Shown: in pieces, positions 63,435 to 64,000 of the stretch
Layout of the letters: every line of letters begins with the position of its first letter
Position numbering within the stretch: the first letter of the stretch is position 1
Source: Glycera tridactyla
Lineage: Eukaryota
DNA length: 64,000 nucleotides
Reading direction: 5' to 3'
Assembly: GCA_965644265.1 (NCBI GenBank)
Contig: OZ286461.1
Location: 94,116,001 to 94,180,000 of the forward strand
Program-made: the position numbers and the translations under genes
Notes under the pieces: model-generated
Told to the model about the DNA's origin: nothing
What the model saw: the letters and a program-made list of their open reading frames with translations, nothing else
Databases searched by the model: none

Positions 63435-64000
63435 CATTCAGCAAGCACTCGTATGTATTTTGCTCGTACAGAGAGAGAAATTGGAGGTTGGTTGTCCAAT
63501 ACTACTACTTTGAAATGTTTCCATGTCCCAAGGTCATGAGACGAACACAGTGTCATAAGTTCAAGGGAGCATTGAGTACTTCAGAGCAAGATTTCAGAAG
63601 AATGCCCTGGAAATTTGTTTTAACCGACTTGTCTAAAGATGAATAAACTTCTTTAGGCAGCCAGATGATAAAATCTTCAGTCTAATGCTATTTGGTAGAT
63701 GGTACGTGTTAAACCAGGGTCTCACGTTGTCGATCCTGCGCCTGAATGTGGCCTCAGTTTTATTTGCAGCAGCATGAAGTAGTTTGTGGTGTGTGGCATG
63801 AGTTGGCATGAAAAAGACACATGTCAGTGAGACTCGCCAGCTCCATTTTTCACTTCTATTTTTCTAGACAAAATTGAATTTGGGTTATTATTTTCAGTTT
63901 TCCGGTGGCAGTTGGCATGTGCCATGAAATGCCCCAGCCAACTCCATGATGCAAATTCATATATAACTTTCAGATTCTCCATTTTTCATTTACATTGTTT

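Overview
Eukaryotic (metazoan) genomic window; the repeat families and the KFHEYKGPP form of the basic box suggest a marine protostome, probably lophotrochozoan (inference). The only protein-coding gene I can support is a myocardin-related transcription factor (MRTF/MKL family) on the + strand. I reconstructed six GT-AG exons by hand: 12219-12470, 16445-16510, 36400-36455, 52330-52405, 52956-53117 and 54273-56925. Splice phases are consistent. They encode three RPEL motifs, the B2 and B1 basic boxes, a Q-rich box, a SAP domain and a leucine-zipper/coiled coil. The gene is incomplete at both ends: the first exon starts at an acceptor and the last ends at a donor. The introns (up to ~20 kb) are filled with non-autonomous DNA transposons (TA-TSD MITEs, hAT-like elements with 8-bp or 6-bp TSDs, a Tc2/pogo-like element, nested elements). 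They also hold Helentron-associated (HINE/DINE-1-like) elements carrying satellite arrays, minisatellites, and decayed LINE, LTR, THAP and hAT coding remnants. There are two assembly gaps. I found no evidence for a wholly new multi-gene system. The best leads are the frame-preserving modular RPEL exons, a candidate recursive splice site or alternative first exon at 33141/33142, an unrecognised N-terminal extension, and TE-borne regulatory motifs.
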